Assembly (NCBI RefSeq): GCF_947242115.1
Contig: NC_074716.1
Span: 24,112,637 to 24,176,636 of the forward strand
Source: Biomphalaria glabrata
Lineage: Eukaryota
Direction: 5' to 3'
Length of the DNA stretch: 64,000 nucleotides
Part shown: one piece after another, positions 37,415-48,825 of the stretch
Position numbering within the stretch: position 1 is the first letter of the stretch
How the letters are laid out: every line of letters begins with the position of its first letter
The notes under the pieces: model-generated
Told to the model about the DNA's origin: nothing
The model's database searches: none
What the model saw: the letters and a program-made list of their open reading frames with translations, nothing else
Made by a program: the position numbers and the translations under genes

Positions 37415-37495
37415 CTCATGCCCTGTTCTGTCCGATGATAACATTCCATCTTCCCAGTCTCTGATTACAGCTCTTGCAGTCAAACGGTGGACAAG
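37415..37495 (-). CDS. PARP4: PARP4-like exon 24: LVHRLTARAVIRDWEDGMLSSDRTGHE
   Basis: Human 'MIHKLAARALIRDYEDGILHENETSHE'. Acceptor cctttcag|CTT, donor GAG|gtgctc. 81 bp. Confidence 0.7.
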
Positions 37496-37850
37496 CTGAA
37501 AGGAAAAAATCAACACAATGCATTGAATATTCAACAATGAAGCTTAACATGATTCATGTCTTGAAAAAGATCAGGCAGCTGAAGAGCGACAGAAGATCTA
37601 CAGGTACATATATATATGGTGTCAACCATAAGATTTTACTCAGCAAAATCAGGTGTTTAATGGGATGATAATGATAGTAACTGTACTAGCCAAACGTAAG
37701 CTTTAGCATTTAGAAATGTGTGTACTTTACTTGACTTTGCCTCATAATAGAACACAATGACTAAAATTTACAATACATTTTACATTTAAAATTTGATTTA
37801 AGGGCTGCCGATAGATGTCCTAACTGATTCTATGTTAATGTTACTCTTAC

Positions 37851-37931
37851 ATTTCCTTCAGTAATGGAGAGTTCAGAAGTGGAAACAACTGTGGAAGCTT
37901 GTTGCCCTCCAACATTGGCCGACAGGGTTGC
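37851..37931 (-). CDS. PARP4: PARP4-like exon 23: ATLSANVGGQQASTVVSTSELSITEGN
   Basis: Human 'ATLCALIQEKEFRTMVSTTELQKTTG'. Acceptor ttgaag|GCA, donor AAT|gtaaga. 81 bp. Confidence 0.55.
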
Positions 37932-38066
37932 CTTCAATGAAATGAAAAAGTTTAGTTACTGACATCATGCTATATTGAATGTAATAGTTTTTAGTGACAG
38001 ACTATTATGATTAATTATTGTATTAGTTTGTTATAGGAATGAAATGAAAATGTTTCTTTTTCTTAC

Positions 38067-38237
38067 CATAGTACAATTGGGCACAAAGCCATAAATAACT
38101 TGTCGTGACCCATTGAACAAGGCAGTGATTTGATGAGGAGCCTGTATGGGTGGTGGCAGATTGTCATTATACTGGCGCCATTCTACTGAGACAGAAGTCA
38201 GCCCTGGTTGGCTGGCCTTGTTGAGCTGAGTTTTCAC
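38067..38237 (-). CDS. PARP4: PARP4-like exon 22: VKTQLNKASQPGLTSVSVEWRQYNDNLPPPIQAPHQITALFNGSRQVIYGFVPNCTM
   Basis: Human 'SVSVKWQQLNPDVPEALQAPAQVPSLFLNDRLLVYGFIPHCTQ'. Acceptor gtgatag|GTG, donor ATG|gtaaga. 171 bp. Confidence 0.7.
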
Positions 38238-38560
38238 CTATCACAGATAGTAGATGAGGTGACACTTAATGTCTATATACAAGAGGTTTAATGCTAATTG
38301 AGATCTGTATTGAAGCTGATTATATTAATTAGTAATGGTAATCATGTATAGTAGGACTAATAAACTTTTTTATCATTGCATATGAAAACAGTAAAAGAAA
38401 GATACAAAGATGCGTGTGCATTTTATTATATCTTTTTGTTAGTTGCCTTTTGACATCAAGGGATGAATTCAGAAAGTGGCTGATTAAATACAAACAAAAA
38501 ACTGTACTAGAACTTTTTCAGTATTCATCAAAAAGAAAAAAAAAGTGTTGAATTATTTAC

Positions 38561-38660
38561 CTTAGACTCCCACTTGGACTTAGTTTTAATGTTGAAGAAC
38601 TCAAAGGCACCTCCAGAAACACGAGCTAATGCCTTTAGAGCATAGTTGTTGCAGGTAGCA
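38561..38660 (-). CDS. PARP4: PARP4-like exon 21: (S)ATCNNYALKALARVSGGAFEFFNIKTKSKWESK
   Basis: Human 'STANRHVLRILSQCGAGVFEYFNAKSKHSWRKQ'. Acceptor tttttcag|T, donor AAG|gtaaat. 100 bp. Confidence 0.7.
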
Positions 38661-39746
38661 CTGAAAAATAAAAGAAAGTATTTTGGTATGAGTTTGGTAA
38701 AAATTATAATTTTATGTCAATCAGTATGTTGTTATTCTTTGTTTATTAGAACTATTAATACCATGATAAGTAAAGAACTTCTACAATGACCATAGAAAAA
38801 CATTTGAGACCAAAAAAAAATATAAAATAGGACAACTTATTGGACCACTGGCAGGTTACTTGGATGGAAACGATTACTTGAGGAAGTAATTAGGCTAAAT
38901 GAATAGCAAAACAAAACTCCTGTGGGAGTGCCCAAGGGAATGCGAGAGCTTTCCCATTGCAAGTTGCGGAGTTGAAAGAGAGCTTCCATGTCCCTGTCGA
39001 TAATCCATGCGTTGTTCCTTCAGGGACCATTACAATAATGGCGAGTTCCCAGTGTACTCGGCCTTTGGCCATGCATTCTAGTTCATGAGCCCAGAGTGCC
39101 AGATACATCGGAAATAGCAATGCTTTACATAGGCATTGACTTGGACCTCTTCCAGACAGAACGGTTCATTCAAGCAGGCTTAAAAGCCTAGAGCTCGAAG
39201 AGCATTCGGTTAAGCTCTTTTGAAAATCAAACGGTTTAGTCTGTATCAAATGTGTTAAGTGTCAGCATCAAGTGTGACTAAAAAAATATGCCTCATAATT
39301 ATAATATAACAAAATTTCAACTAATGTAAATTTAAGTTATAATCTGACCATTTTTAACTCTATAAAGATGGACCATAATCTCAGCATTTAGCAACACAGA
39401 ACAGAAGTAATATGGAAAACACTTTTATCTATTGGAATACATAGGCAAGAAAGTTTCACAAGAAAGACAGTCGTATAGCTTATTTTTATGAGCAAATTCA
39501 AGCCTAAATTGTTAAATTGAGTATTTGAAGGTGACTGAAGGATTTCTATCTGATGTTACAAGTCTTATTGACAAGAACAACCTGCACAAATTGAGGCTTT
39601 CATTGTGAGTGATTTCTGTTTTTGCAATCCCCTCCCCCCCCCCCCAAAAAAAAAAAAAAACAACAACACTGTAATAAAACTACATTTCAATTTCATTTTA
39701 TCCTTGAAAATTATCTCAAAGCTGCCAGTTCTAGCCCTAAACTCAC

Positions 39747-39934
39747 CTTACACCAAAAGTAAAGATTCTGGTATGTAAAGAGTTGGCACGAGCATGTTTC
39801 ATCACCAGGTCATTATTGTTCAAATGGCCATCAGAAATGAGACAAACATTTCTTTGTGTTTTTTGGTTTGGGAGCAGATAAAGTGGCCACAGTGGACGGA
39901 TCACGTCAGTATTGCCACAGGTGGCCATAGAGAT
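39747..39934 (-). CDS. PARP4: PARP4-like exon 20 (vWA): ISMATCGNTDVIRPLWPLYLLPNQKTQRNVCLISDGHLNNNDLVMKHARANSLHTRIFTFGV
   Basis: Human 'ATPTMGNTDFWKTLRYLSLLYP...NILLVSDGHLQDESLTLQLVKRSRPHTRLFACGIG'. Donor AG|gtgagt. 188 bp. Confidence 0.75.
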
Positions 39935-40267
39935 CTTGGTTAATAAAAAAAGTAATGCAGATAAGAAGCATGATTCTTATTAATTTGTTTTTTTAAATAA
40001 CATAGTTTGGATTTTCCTAACCAAAAGAAAATAAGGCAAAATAAAATATCATTCAATTAATTTGTTTTTCAAAAACAAAAATCCGATTTAAAGATAATTG
40101 CTTTAATCAAAAATATTAATGAGGACATAATAGAAAAAGATGAAAAATGAATTAATTCAAAGTAGACGAGGTAATAAAAACATTTAGGTTTATAATTATT
40201 TTCATGTTAACAATTTTCATTCATAAAAAACAAAACATAATAAAGTATTCATTAGACAAAGTATGAC

Positions 40268-40341
40268 CTGGATGAAATGATCTGCTAATTCCAGATTTTC
40301 TTGAGTTTTCAGCTTTGGAGCAGGGAACAGCTCTTCATAAT
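40268..40341 (-). CDS. PARP4: PARP4-like exon 19: (D)YEELFPAPKLKTQENLELADHFIQ
   Basis: Human 'GYKELFSYPKHITSNTMAAEFIMS'. Acceptor tattgcag|AT, donor CAG|gtcata. 74 bp. Confidence 0.65.
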
Positions 40342-41286
40342 CTGCAATAAAAACATTGAAATAAATTATTTGAGCATACATTCATACATGTGTTGCTTCT
40401 TTCAATATACAATTTATGTTTACATTTGAACAATGACATTACTGTATCATATTTTTCTTATATAAGGTAGGTGTTTCTTTGAAATCAATCTCTCTATTTG
40501 AGTAGGTAAATTTAGATGTTTTGAGGGAATATTACGCAAAAAAAGATGAATCATGGACACACAAAAATGAAACTACTGATTCTGTTTGTGTTTCTGAGTT
40601 CTTATTTACTTTTAAAAAAAATTAGTTTAAAAATGTGGCACAGAAAACTAAAAGAATCTGTTGGATTTTGATAGGCTTAATAAATTCATAGAACCAGGAT
40701 GCAGAAGGTTCTGAGGATGCTTTTAAAAAACTGTTCAAAGATCAAAAAGGTGATTGGGGTATTTCTAAAACATACAAATTACAACAATATTCAAATTAAA
40801 GAGGAAGAATGTCAGACATTAACTTTTTTTTTTAAACACACAGTTTTATAACGTATTAGTAACAGAGTATTCTATTGCCTGAGTTTCAGTGTTTAAAATC
40901 ATAAATTTGTTTAAAGTGTCCACTTGATGGGAGAATGTGTGCAGGAGAAATAGCATTAACAATTATTTAAGTGGATTAAACCCTACATATTTAGCCATAT
41001 ATTAGAAAACTGAAGAATTATTTCCTTTGTCGGTATTTAACAAAATAATTAATTACCAGTAATTAATTGAATAATTGGCTTTTTTATTTTTTAAATGATT
41101 CTTGTCCTGTCTATACTAATGAATAATTCTGTAAAGTTTGAACTTGATCCGAGAATGGGCATAGGAGAAATAATAAATACACTTTTTACCAGATAGACAA
41201 ACAGAGTTGATTTAAGCTTTTTAAAAAACTATCACAACTAAGAAAAAATACAGAAAAGTATTTTTTAAAAGCTAATTTTTTTTTAC

Positions 41287-41473
41287 CTGAACCAAATTTA
41301 ACAATATTAAAATGCCAGTTTGGCTGCAAAGATTTCAAAATGAGAAGTGCCACTTTCTTAGCTTCATTTAAAGCTTTGTCCTTCATGGAGTTTGAAACAT
41401 CTAACAGAATAATGATTTCTCCTTCTGTACTTTCCTGTGCTTCAAACTCTGGGAAAAATGTCAGCATACAAGC
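41287..41473 (-). CDS. PARP4: PARP4-like exon 18 (start of vWA domain, MIDAS DxSxS): ACMLTFFPEFEAQESTEGEIIILLDVSNSMKDKALNEAKKVALLILKSLQPNWHFNIVKFGS
   Basis: Human 'ACMLVFQPDLDVDLPDLASESEVIICLDCSSSMEG...VNIIQFGTG'. Acceptor attccag|GCT, donor TCAG|gtaaaa. 187 bp. Confidence 0.8.
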
Positions 41474-41960
41474 CTGGAATATTGCAAGACATTATAGAAA
41501 AACTATGTTTGTTTAAATGTTAAAGCACTTCAATAGTTGGGATTATGAATGAATGAATGATTTAGAAGTGAAACTACTTGGGACAAAGTGTAGAATTTAT
41601 ATCTATAGACCAATCATTTGTTACTCAGTAAAACATTTGTCCAGATTGTATTAGATGAGACCCTGCATACAATGGTAGGCCTAAGCAATGTTTTTAGAAA
41701 AAAGCTTGAACTATTGTACTAAATGGTTCTAGGGCTCACCCAGAACATGTCATATTTAATTAATTATTCAGTACAATTTCACTAGTCATATAATGTTGTA
41801 TTTGGCCAATTAATTTGTATGATAGGAATCTACATTAGAGTTTATTGTCAAAATTCTTTACAGGCACTTAAATTAAGCACTTTATTTCTCAGCACCAAAA
41901 TATAGTATTAATCCCATCTTATACTAACATGCATTTTGAACAATTGACAAGCTTGGTTAC

Positions 41961-42095
41961 CTGGTCCTGTGATTCAGGAAGTCGTTCCACCCACATTCTG
42001 GGCACATGGATTTCAGCCAGACCAATCAGCAACTGAAATCCTGACCCAAAGTTCTGCCTACGGGACATTTCAACATAGGCCTTGGTGGATGTTTG
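41961..42095 (-). CDS. PARP4: PARP4-like exon 17: QTSTKAYVEMSRRQNFGSGFQLLIGLAEIHVPRMWVERLPESQDQ
   Basis: Human 'SSGFSLHIGLSAAYLPRMWVEKHPEKESE'. Acceptor gtctag|CAA, donor CAG|gtaacc. 135 bp. Confidence 0.7.
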
Positions 42096-43006
42096 CTAGA
42101 CATTAAATTTGAAGGGAAAAAAAATTAGTAAACTCTTTTTTTTTTTTCTAGCGTTTTAATTATTTTACTTTTATCCACAATTGTTACACTGCTATAATTT
42201 TTTTCACAAACCACTCACATACCTTACATACATTGACTTTAAGTATTTTGTAGACTTAAAATAATAACTTTTTTTTCTCTAAAAAGGCCAAGCTGCTGAT
42301 TTTCTAAATGTAATTTCATACTGCTCTTTTTCCTATAGCTTAAAAGAGGACAAACACAAAGGTAACATATTTTGTCCTCACTGGCATAGAGAAAAGTAGC
42401 TGGCAGCAGATGGCGTCTGAAAGAGACAGCTGGAAAGCTCTCACCAACGTTGCAGGACAAACATTTGAGACCCAAAGAAAGCCTTTGATGAAAGCAGGCA
42501 AAGACCATGATAGAAAACAAATAAAAACATCAGAGGACAACAGCTTTGACTGAATTAGATGTGGCTGAATATACAGGTAGCAAAGGTTTGCATGGTCCTG
42601 AAAAATACTGCCCTCATTCTAAATCTTTGGAATTAAAGACAATGACTTATACCCATTGCTATACACACACTACTTAAAACACATTACTGCACACAGAACA
42701 ATTTCAACATTCATAACCACTTAATAATAATAATAATAATTTTATTTATAAAGCGCTGTTAACAAACAAAATGTAGGCTAAAGGCGCTGTAACAACATTA
42801 CAAACAAAAACACGAGAGCTAAAATGACAGTTAATCTAAAAAAGTTTTAAACAGATAGGTCTTAATGTTCTTCTTAAAAGTGGTGTAGCATGTTGTCTGT
42901 CTGAGATCAATGGGGAGTGAGTTCCAAACCACTTGAGCCTAAGTGTTACATTGTTACTCTGGGTTGCATGTATATGTGTTAAGTAAAACATATTCAAATG
43001 GCTGAC

Positions 43007-43120
43007 CTTAATCTTAACTTTGTGTGTAGGGCAGTGCAAACTTCTGATTTCAAATGGCATTTCTAAGGCAACTTGGACTGTTGTATTAGCAGCAGCCATT
43101 TTGTGACTTTTCAGTTCTTC
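43007..43120 (-). CDS. PARP4: PARP4-like exon 16: EELKSHKMAAANTTVQVALEMPFEIRSLHCPTHKVKIK
   Basis: Acceptor aatggcag|GAA, donor AAG|gtcagc. Human 'SFSLTMSIEMPYVIEFIFSDTHELKQKR'. 114 bp. Confidence 0.65.
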
Positions 43121-43362
43121 CTGCCATTATAAAAATACAGAAACAAGTTATGAAGATTCTTTTCTTTGATGTTAAGTCAGTGATTAAGCAGATATCCTTT
43201 ACAATTTGTTAGATAATGCTTTTATGTTGTCTGTGATAAAACAATATTAATAATCAATGTAAGATAATGCTTTCAAATTAATTGTGATAAAAGAAAATTA
43301 ATAACAAAGCTAATGACAGATCAAAGTCTAACAATCCCAAATTCAATTCTTATGTTTAGAAC

Positions 43363-43527
43363 CTGAGTAGAGTACTTCAGAGCTGAGTCTTCTTTCCATG
43401 GAGCTACAGTTGCTGGCAGTATAAAACTGATCAGCTCATCCTCCACTTGCAGCTCAGCAACATAAGTTATTTTGATCAACACACAGGCACTGGGAGGAAG
43501 ATTGCCCACACTGACTGTAAACACATC
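43363..43527 (-). CDS. PARP4: PARP4-like exon 15 (VIT): DVFTVSVGNLPPSACVLIKITYVAELQVEDELISFILPATVAPWKEDSALKYSTQ
   Basis: Human 'DVFTVSVGNLPPKAKVLIKITYITEL...MPATVAPWQQDKAL'. Acceptor ttcaag|GAT. Donor CAG|gttcta is weak. 165 bp. Confidence 0.8.
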
Positions 43528-43873
43528 CTTGAAGAATATTTAAAAAAAACAATGTTTATACACAATGGTTTTGTTTTAAATAAGAATCTGTTACAAAATA
43601 ATTGTAATTGATAACAAAACAAAAACAAATTTCTTGAAAAAAATAAATAGACATGGTGAAAATGACATTGACATACTTCTTTGTTAAATGCCTGGTAATT
43701 GATTTTAAATAGCATTATTCAAGCACCAATTCTTTTAAAGAGTAAAGAATACAACATTGATGAATTGTTTTTAAAAATCTCACTATTGCTAAAAGTACTT
43801 TAAAATAGTTTGGAAACAACCCCCCCCCCCCCCAAAAAAAAAAACCAACAGCAAGACTAATTGAGTTTCTCAC

Positions 43874-44098
43874 AGGTGTTTCTTCATCCTGGTCCATTAA
43901 GTATGCTCCATGACCTTGACTAATGGCTTCCTTGTACTCCTTGTGGGCCACTTCTTTTTCTTTCACCTCACCCACTATGTGCTTGCCATTGATGAAAGCC
44001 TCAAAGCCGCAAACAGCAGCAGCGTCATCAAGAGGAAACACATACTTGGCCTCAATAGACTCCCCAGTGTTGTTGTAGTACTCCTGAAGCACAACCAC
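43874..44098 (-). CDS. PARP4: PARP4-like exon 14 (VIT domain): VVVLQEYYNNTGESIEAKYVFPLDDAAAVCGFEAFINGKHIVGEVKEKEVAHKEYKEAISQGHGAYLMDQDEETP
   Basis: Near-identical to human 'PIEAKYIFPLDDKAAVCGFEAFINGKHIVGEIKEKEEAQQEYLEAVTQGHGAYLM'. Acceptor caccag|GTG, donor CCT|gtgaga. 225 bp. Confidence 0.85.
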
Positions 44099-45249
44099 CT
44101 GGTGATGAAGAGAAGAAATAGAAAACAGGACTCAAATAATGCAATGAAAAATCATTTATTTAAAAGGTAATAAAACAAATATTGAAGTAATTCATTTAGT
44201 TAATATAAATATTTTTGCAAGCAATGCCAAAATAAAAAAAATGTTCCTAATACCCATTCAAAGCAATAATTTAAAAAAAAAAGGTTCTTGTCTATGCCAG
44301 TGAGAGAAAAGTTAAAACTGCGATGGTCTTTAAAAAGTGCTCAAGGTGCTCCTAAGGTAATCCACAAATAAGATCATCTCTTTCATATGGTCATCCAACA
44401 CAAGGGTTAAGTGTCCTAGCTAGAGCAGTTGTGGAACATTATTTGCCTGGTAGTCTTGCGAATGTATGCACATTCTAGACTGCAGGCACTTTAGATGGAA
44501 GTTTTCATGAAGCTTCAGATGTTTCCAAATGAGCAACCAGGCATGGAAGTCACTACTGCATGGTTGAGAGGCTAGTACGCTTGAACTTGGCTAACTACAA
44601 AGGCAGCATGAGGTTCGACACCCGACTCAAGCAGAGTTGTGCCTAAAGGCAGCACAGAAAACTTTCTCCCAGATACCCCCTTCCCCACTGGTCCACAAAT
44701 GAGATTGGACCATAGCGCTCTGAGCATGCTATAAGCATGAAAGTAGAGCTGTATAAAAGCTATAATTTATTTATTTATTTTATTATTATAGACAATTGAT
44801 TTGTTGGCAGTTAGAGAGGTCCTGACCTAAGCCTGACAGTTATCTATTTTTCTCATCAGTGATGTGTCCTGTTCCAAGAGTCTCTCAATGGAATTTACTT
44901 AGCTCCACAATCACTGGGAAGGACCATCAGTGGTAGGCCACTTTATGTAACTTGGCAGCACAGTAATCTTATCTACATAACTAAATACTAAAATAAATAC
45001 TAATCATCATCATTAAACTCCATAAACGTTAAGACTTCAGAGATTCAAATCATCTCTAACAATAAGCTAATAGCGCTGCTAATAGATGCAAGATTTCAAG
45101 AGAAACTATTTAATCTATTTAAGGATATAGCAGTTGGGCCACCGACATTTTTTTTTTTAATTTAAGTTACATATGACAGTACTATCACTAAAGCAGAAGA
45201 ACTGCTGCTGATGCCCATCTATTCCAGAAGAGCCACTGCTGACACCTAC

Positions 45250-45380
45250 CTGAGCTGCAAGATCTATGAGTTTAGCTCTAATGTGTACTCCTCTCAGTTC
45301 AACTTGGGCATTTTTATTCCCAACAAGACCTGGAACTACTTTTAACAATGGATCTGATACGCCAATCACATCATTGAGGG
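45250..45380 (-). CDS. PARP4: PARP4-like exon 13 (pre-VIT): (T)LNDVIGVSDPLLKVVPGLVGNKNAQVELRGVHIRAKLIDLAAQ
   Basis: Acceptor aaaatag|CC, donor CAG|gtaggt. Human '...LVPLEDVHIKGRIIDTVAQ'. 131 bp. Confidence 0.7.
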
Positions 45381-46875
45381 CTATTTTAAGGGAGAGCAAA
45401 AAGAAAATAAAAAAAAAAGAAATTTAGGAAATTGTTATAGAAGTATTGTGATTTATTGGTTTAACTTTTTGTATCATTTAAGGGCTATTTTTAGGGTGGG
45501 GGAGCAATAACAAATATAGAGAAAAAGAAAATTTGCTATACAAATATTTAATTTATTATTGGTTTATTTTTCACTGTCATTATCGATAATGTAAATAATA
45601 GTAATAGTTGTGAAAGATTTAGAGCATTTGACTATTAAGGAAAAGATTCTTGATACATTTTTAAGATTTGAGAATTTTACAAAAGAAGGCTTAGTTTTAA
45701 GGAAAAAGTAATAGGAAATTTATATCTAAAAAAGTATGTTTAACTGTGACTTTTATTTGTTAAAAAGTTCTATAGATTTTGAAAAAACAGCTAACAAATA
45801 AAATTTAAGTTGAGTCCTCTTCTATCAAACTTGTTAGTCAAAGGTACTGTAATTATAACTGAGCAATAAAGTACTGATAATACCATCAAATATTCATTAA
45901 TGTACACACTGGTATTAAAATTTGGACAGAACCATGGGAGATAGCAAAAAAAAAAAAAAAAATATCTGTGTGAATATTGCCTTATATTCCTGCTAGAATA
46001 ATTTGACTCAATTAAGAAATATACCAGCTATATGAAGAACCCTCCATTGTGACGGAAATAAAAAGGAACAGATTACGTTGGGCAGGTCAACTTAAAAGAA
46101 TTCCAGTGAACAAAGGAGCAAAGATTTTTCACCGGCAAAAACCAAAAAGCAGGTACCCCATGAATACAGTGGCTTGATGACATAGAGGCAGATCTACAGC
46201 AGCTAAAAGTCTGATCAAGGAGACGTAAGGCACAAGATAGATTTGAATGGAGAGATGTGCTAAAGCAGGCCAGAGCCCTCCATGGTATGTAGTGCCACTG
46301 GGATGATGATCATGATGATTAATTTTCTGTTTTTCAAAGATAAAAGGGATGTGTGGCTGAGACATAAACCGCTTGTTAATTTGTTAACCTTATAAGGGGG
46401 CTTGAGTTCAAATCTCAACTTGACATTTACAAAATGACTAAGTGCAACAAACAGAATGAACATTAGATGACTTCTGAAATTAACTATCAGGTTAAAGCAT
46501 GTAAACATTTATTTGACAATGAAGTCAAAAAACAATAAGATAAATTTGTAGCATACTCTCCAAGAACCACATATGGCAAAGAAAACTAAACATTGTAGCT
46601 GGATAGAATAAGGCCTTTACATAAGAAAACCATCCATTAGGATAGCCTTAATGACATGCTAAACTCCAATACCTATGATGAATTAAAACTTAATTCTCTA
46701 ATCTTTTTAAACTTTATAAACTAATCAATTATCAATAATTATATTTTGTTTTTGAAGTTTTATTAAAAATAAAAGATACATAAACTTTTCCTTTTTTTCT
46801 CTGATTTATGATGTCATATTATCTTATGAATGAATATGCAGATTCAGTTTTATTTTAGACATTGGATGAAATTAC

Positions 46876-47020
46876 TTGTGTTCTCCAGATCATCGCACAA
46901 AAGGTTGGAGTCTATTTCAGTTGTTTTGGGCATAGATTTCACTTGATCTCCAGCTACCATAAATTCAACTAGGTAACGGACTCTTTGCTGATTCACTGTG
47001 TACACCACATACTCATCATG
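46876..47020 (-). CDS. PARP4: PARP4-like exon 12: HDEYVVYTVNQQRVRYLVEFMVAGDQVKSMPKTTEIDSNLLCDDLENT
   Basis: Acceptor ctgtag|CAT, donor ACAA|gtaatt. Human 'DDEFVVYKTNQVKMKYIIKFSMPGDQIKDFHPSDHTELEE'. 145 bp, ends phase 1. Confidence 0.75.
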
Positions 47021-47208
47021 CTACAGAAAGAAAGTGTAGATCAACTGAAAACATTTCAAATTCATAAATAATGTAAAGTTGTTTTTCAAAAATCACAATT
47101 TTTAAATTTCATTTTATTTTTATTATTGTTTTGAATCAGCATAAATATAGTTTCCATGAATTGAATGTTTTGAATTTACAAGATCAAAATAAGTGGAAAA
47201 TAAATTAC

Positions 47209-47455
47209 TTCAAACAAAGATGATTTGTCACATTTTTTGCTCACTCCATGAGTGCTATTGTATCCTGGTGGTGGCGCCACAAGACTTGTTTCATGTGTAG
47301 TGTAATCTTTGATTTGTCCGAGGGCTACCTCATTGATAAGTAATAAACGTGATCCTTTGGTTTTGCTTGGTGTAGAGTATTGAACACTGGTACTATCAGA
47401 CACAAATTGTTCAAACATATATAACAAAGGTTTCAATAAAGGTTGATAATTGAAA
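47209..47455 (-). CDS. PARP4: PARP4-like exon 11 (catalytic core): (N)FNYQPLLKPLLYMFEQFVSDSTSVQYSTPSKTKGSRLLLINEVALGQIKDYTTHETSLVAPPPGYNSTHGVSKKCDKSSLFE
   Basis: Matches human 'GTRLLLICDVALGKCMDLHEKDFSLTEAPPGYDSVHGVSQT...DFE'. This is the PARP signature. Acceptor aatatag|T, donor GAA|gtaatt. 247 bp. Confidence 0.8.
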
Positions 47456-47613
47456 CTATATTGTTTGTTAACAGCAGTATATACATTTTATTTTTATTAA
47501 ATTATAATAATAATAAAATGGAACAGCTCAAGACATTATAATTAATTATTAAGTATAATTAAACATAAGCATAATTGATTAATTAAAGGAGGTATAATTA
47601 AACATAAGCATAC

Positions 47614-47712
47614 TTGAAATCACTAGCAAAATAAATGCCACATCCCAGAGATCCCTCATCAGTTCGACTTCCTCCCATGTCGTCCACAACAGCTTTAGGT
47701 AACAGTAAGCCT
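47614..47712 (-). CDS. PARP4: PARP4-like exon 10 (catalytic domain): (R)GLLLPKAVVDDMGGSRTDEGSLGCGIYFASDF
   Basis: Acceptor gtgtttag|A, donor TTCAA|gtatgc. Human 'RGLLLPKVVEDRGVQRTDVGNLGSGIYFSDS'. 99 bp. Confidence 0.75.
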
Positions 47713-48037
47713 CTAAACACAATTTTTAAAAGCATTTGATAAATTGTTAGAAATTGTAAAAATCTGAGTGTTTTTTTTTAAAGGATAATGTCAACAAAGG
47801 TATTTTAGAAATCATTGAATATAAATAAATTCATACTTTTAACTTTAAACCATATTACATCTGCATGTCAAATAAATCTAGTACAAAAAAAAAACAAAAA
47901 AAAGTCTTCTTTATCACTTTCCCTTACTTATGACATTGTTGAGGTTCAACAAAAAAAAAAGGTTTGTTAAGGCAAACATATGCATATGCCATACATTTTA
48001 ATACAAAACAATATGCATCATTAAGAAACAAGAGTAC

Positions 48038-48178
48038 CTAGATAAGATACCAACAAAGTTCTCAATTTTAGATGAATGAAATAGCAAACGTTTTGGTTCA
48101 ATGTCAAATCTGAAATCAATATCTTCCACTTGTCTCCAGACTTCAAAAACATTGGATATCAGCAAATCTTGGTTTGGA
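48038..48178 (-). CDS. PARP4: PARP4-like exon 9: (S)PNQDLLISNVFEVWRQVEDIDFRFDIEPKRLLFHSSKIENFVGILS
   Basis: Acceptor ctactttag|T, donor CTAG|gtactc. Human 'SPVDVLQIFRVGRVNETTEF...RPLLHGSPVQNIVGILCRG'. Phase 2 to 2. Confidence 0.75.
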
Positions 48179-48420
48179 CTAAAGTAGAATAAAAGGGTTG
48201 AGCAAGTTTTTTAGTATCTAATAAATGATGTGAAACAGAGAATAAACAATTATTGTAATAATAAATTTTCTTAATTTCTAGATGCTATATGAACATGCTC
48301 AAAAAAAATAAATCTTTTAGTTTGTAAAAATGTATAATTCTGGTTATCTAAGCTATTATATTAAAATAATAAAGTTGCAATATTAATAAAAATATAAAGT
48401 ACTCCTTTCAGAACTTGGGA

Positions 48421-48647
48421 TCTATAGGGTAGATGATGTAATGGCCATCTGTTATTTGGTCCACAGTTAACAAGAATGTTATGTGGCCAGCACAACGACC
48501 AACCAACTTGACTTTCCCCAACTAATGTCAGGTACTCATAAGAGTTAGGTGAACTCAGAAGACATCACAAAAATCCCAAAGTTCCACTTTACTGAAATTG
48601 GAACTAGAGACCCCTTGGTTTGTAAACTAAGCAACCAAACCCCTGAC
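48421..48647 (-). mobile_element. tRNA-derived SINE, copy 6 (in the PARP4 intron between exons 8 and 9)
   Basis: Reverse-complement SINE body (atgtggccagcacaacgaccaacc...ggtactcataagagttaggtgaactc). Confidence 0.7.
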
Positions 48648-48825
48648 AATATTTAGAAGTTCAGGGAAATTTCTAGTCAAACTTGATGTGGCATTTCAAA
48701 ATGAAAACAAAACTGTGATAGAAAAAGTGTAGCAATACTAAAGCCTCTACATGACTTGAAAATCTGACATTTAATTCAAGATCAAGGAATGACATTACAG
48801 CTGATTTGGTGAGTTTATAACTTAC

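Noticed and set aside
42239-42540. Minus-strand ORFs 42239-42520 and 42340-42540 as a PARP4 exon
   Set aside because: Homology to PARP4 was weak and no in-phase splice sites were found. The correct exon, with strong homology ('GSGFQLLIGLAEIHVPRMWVE'), lies at 41961-42095.
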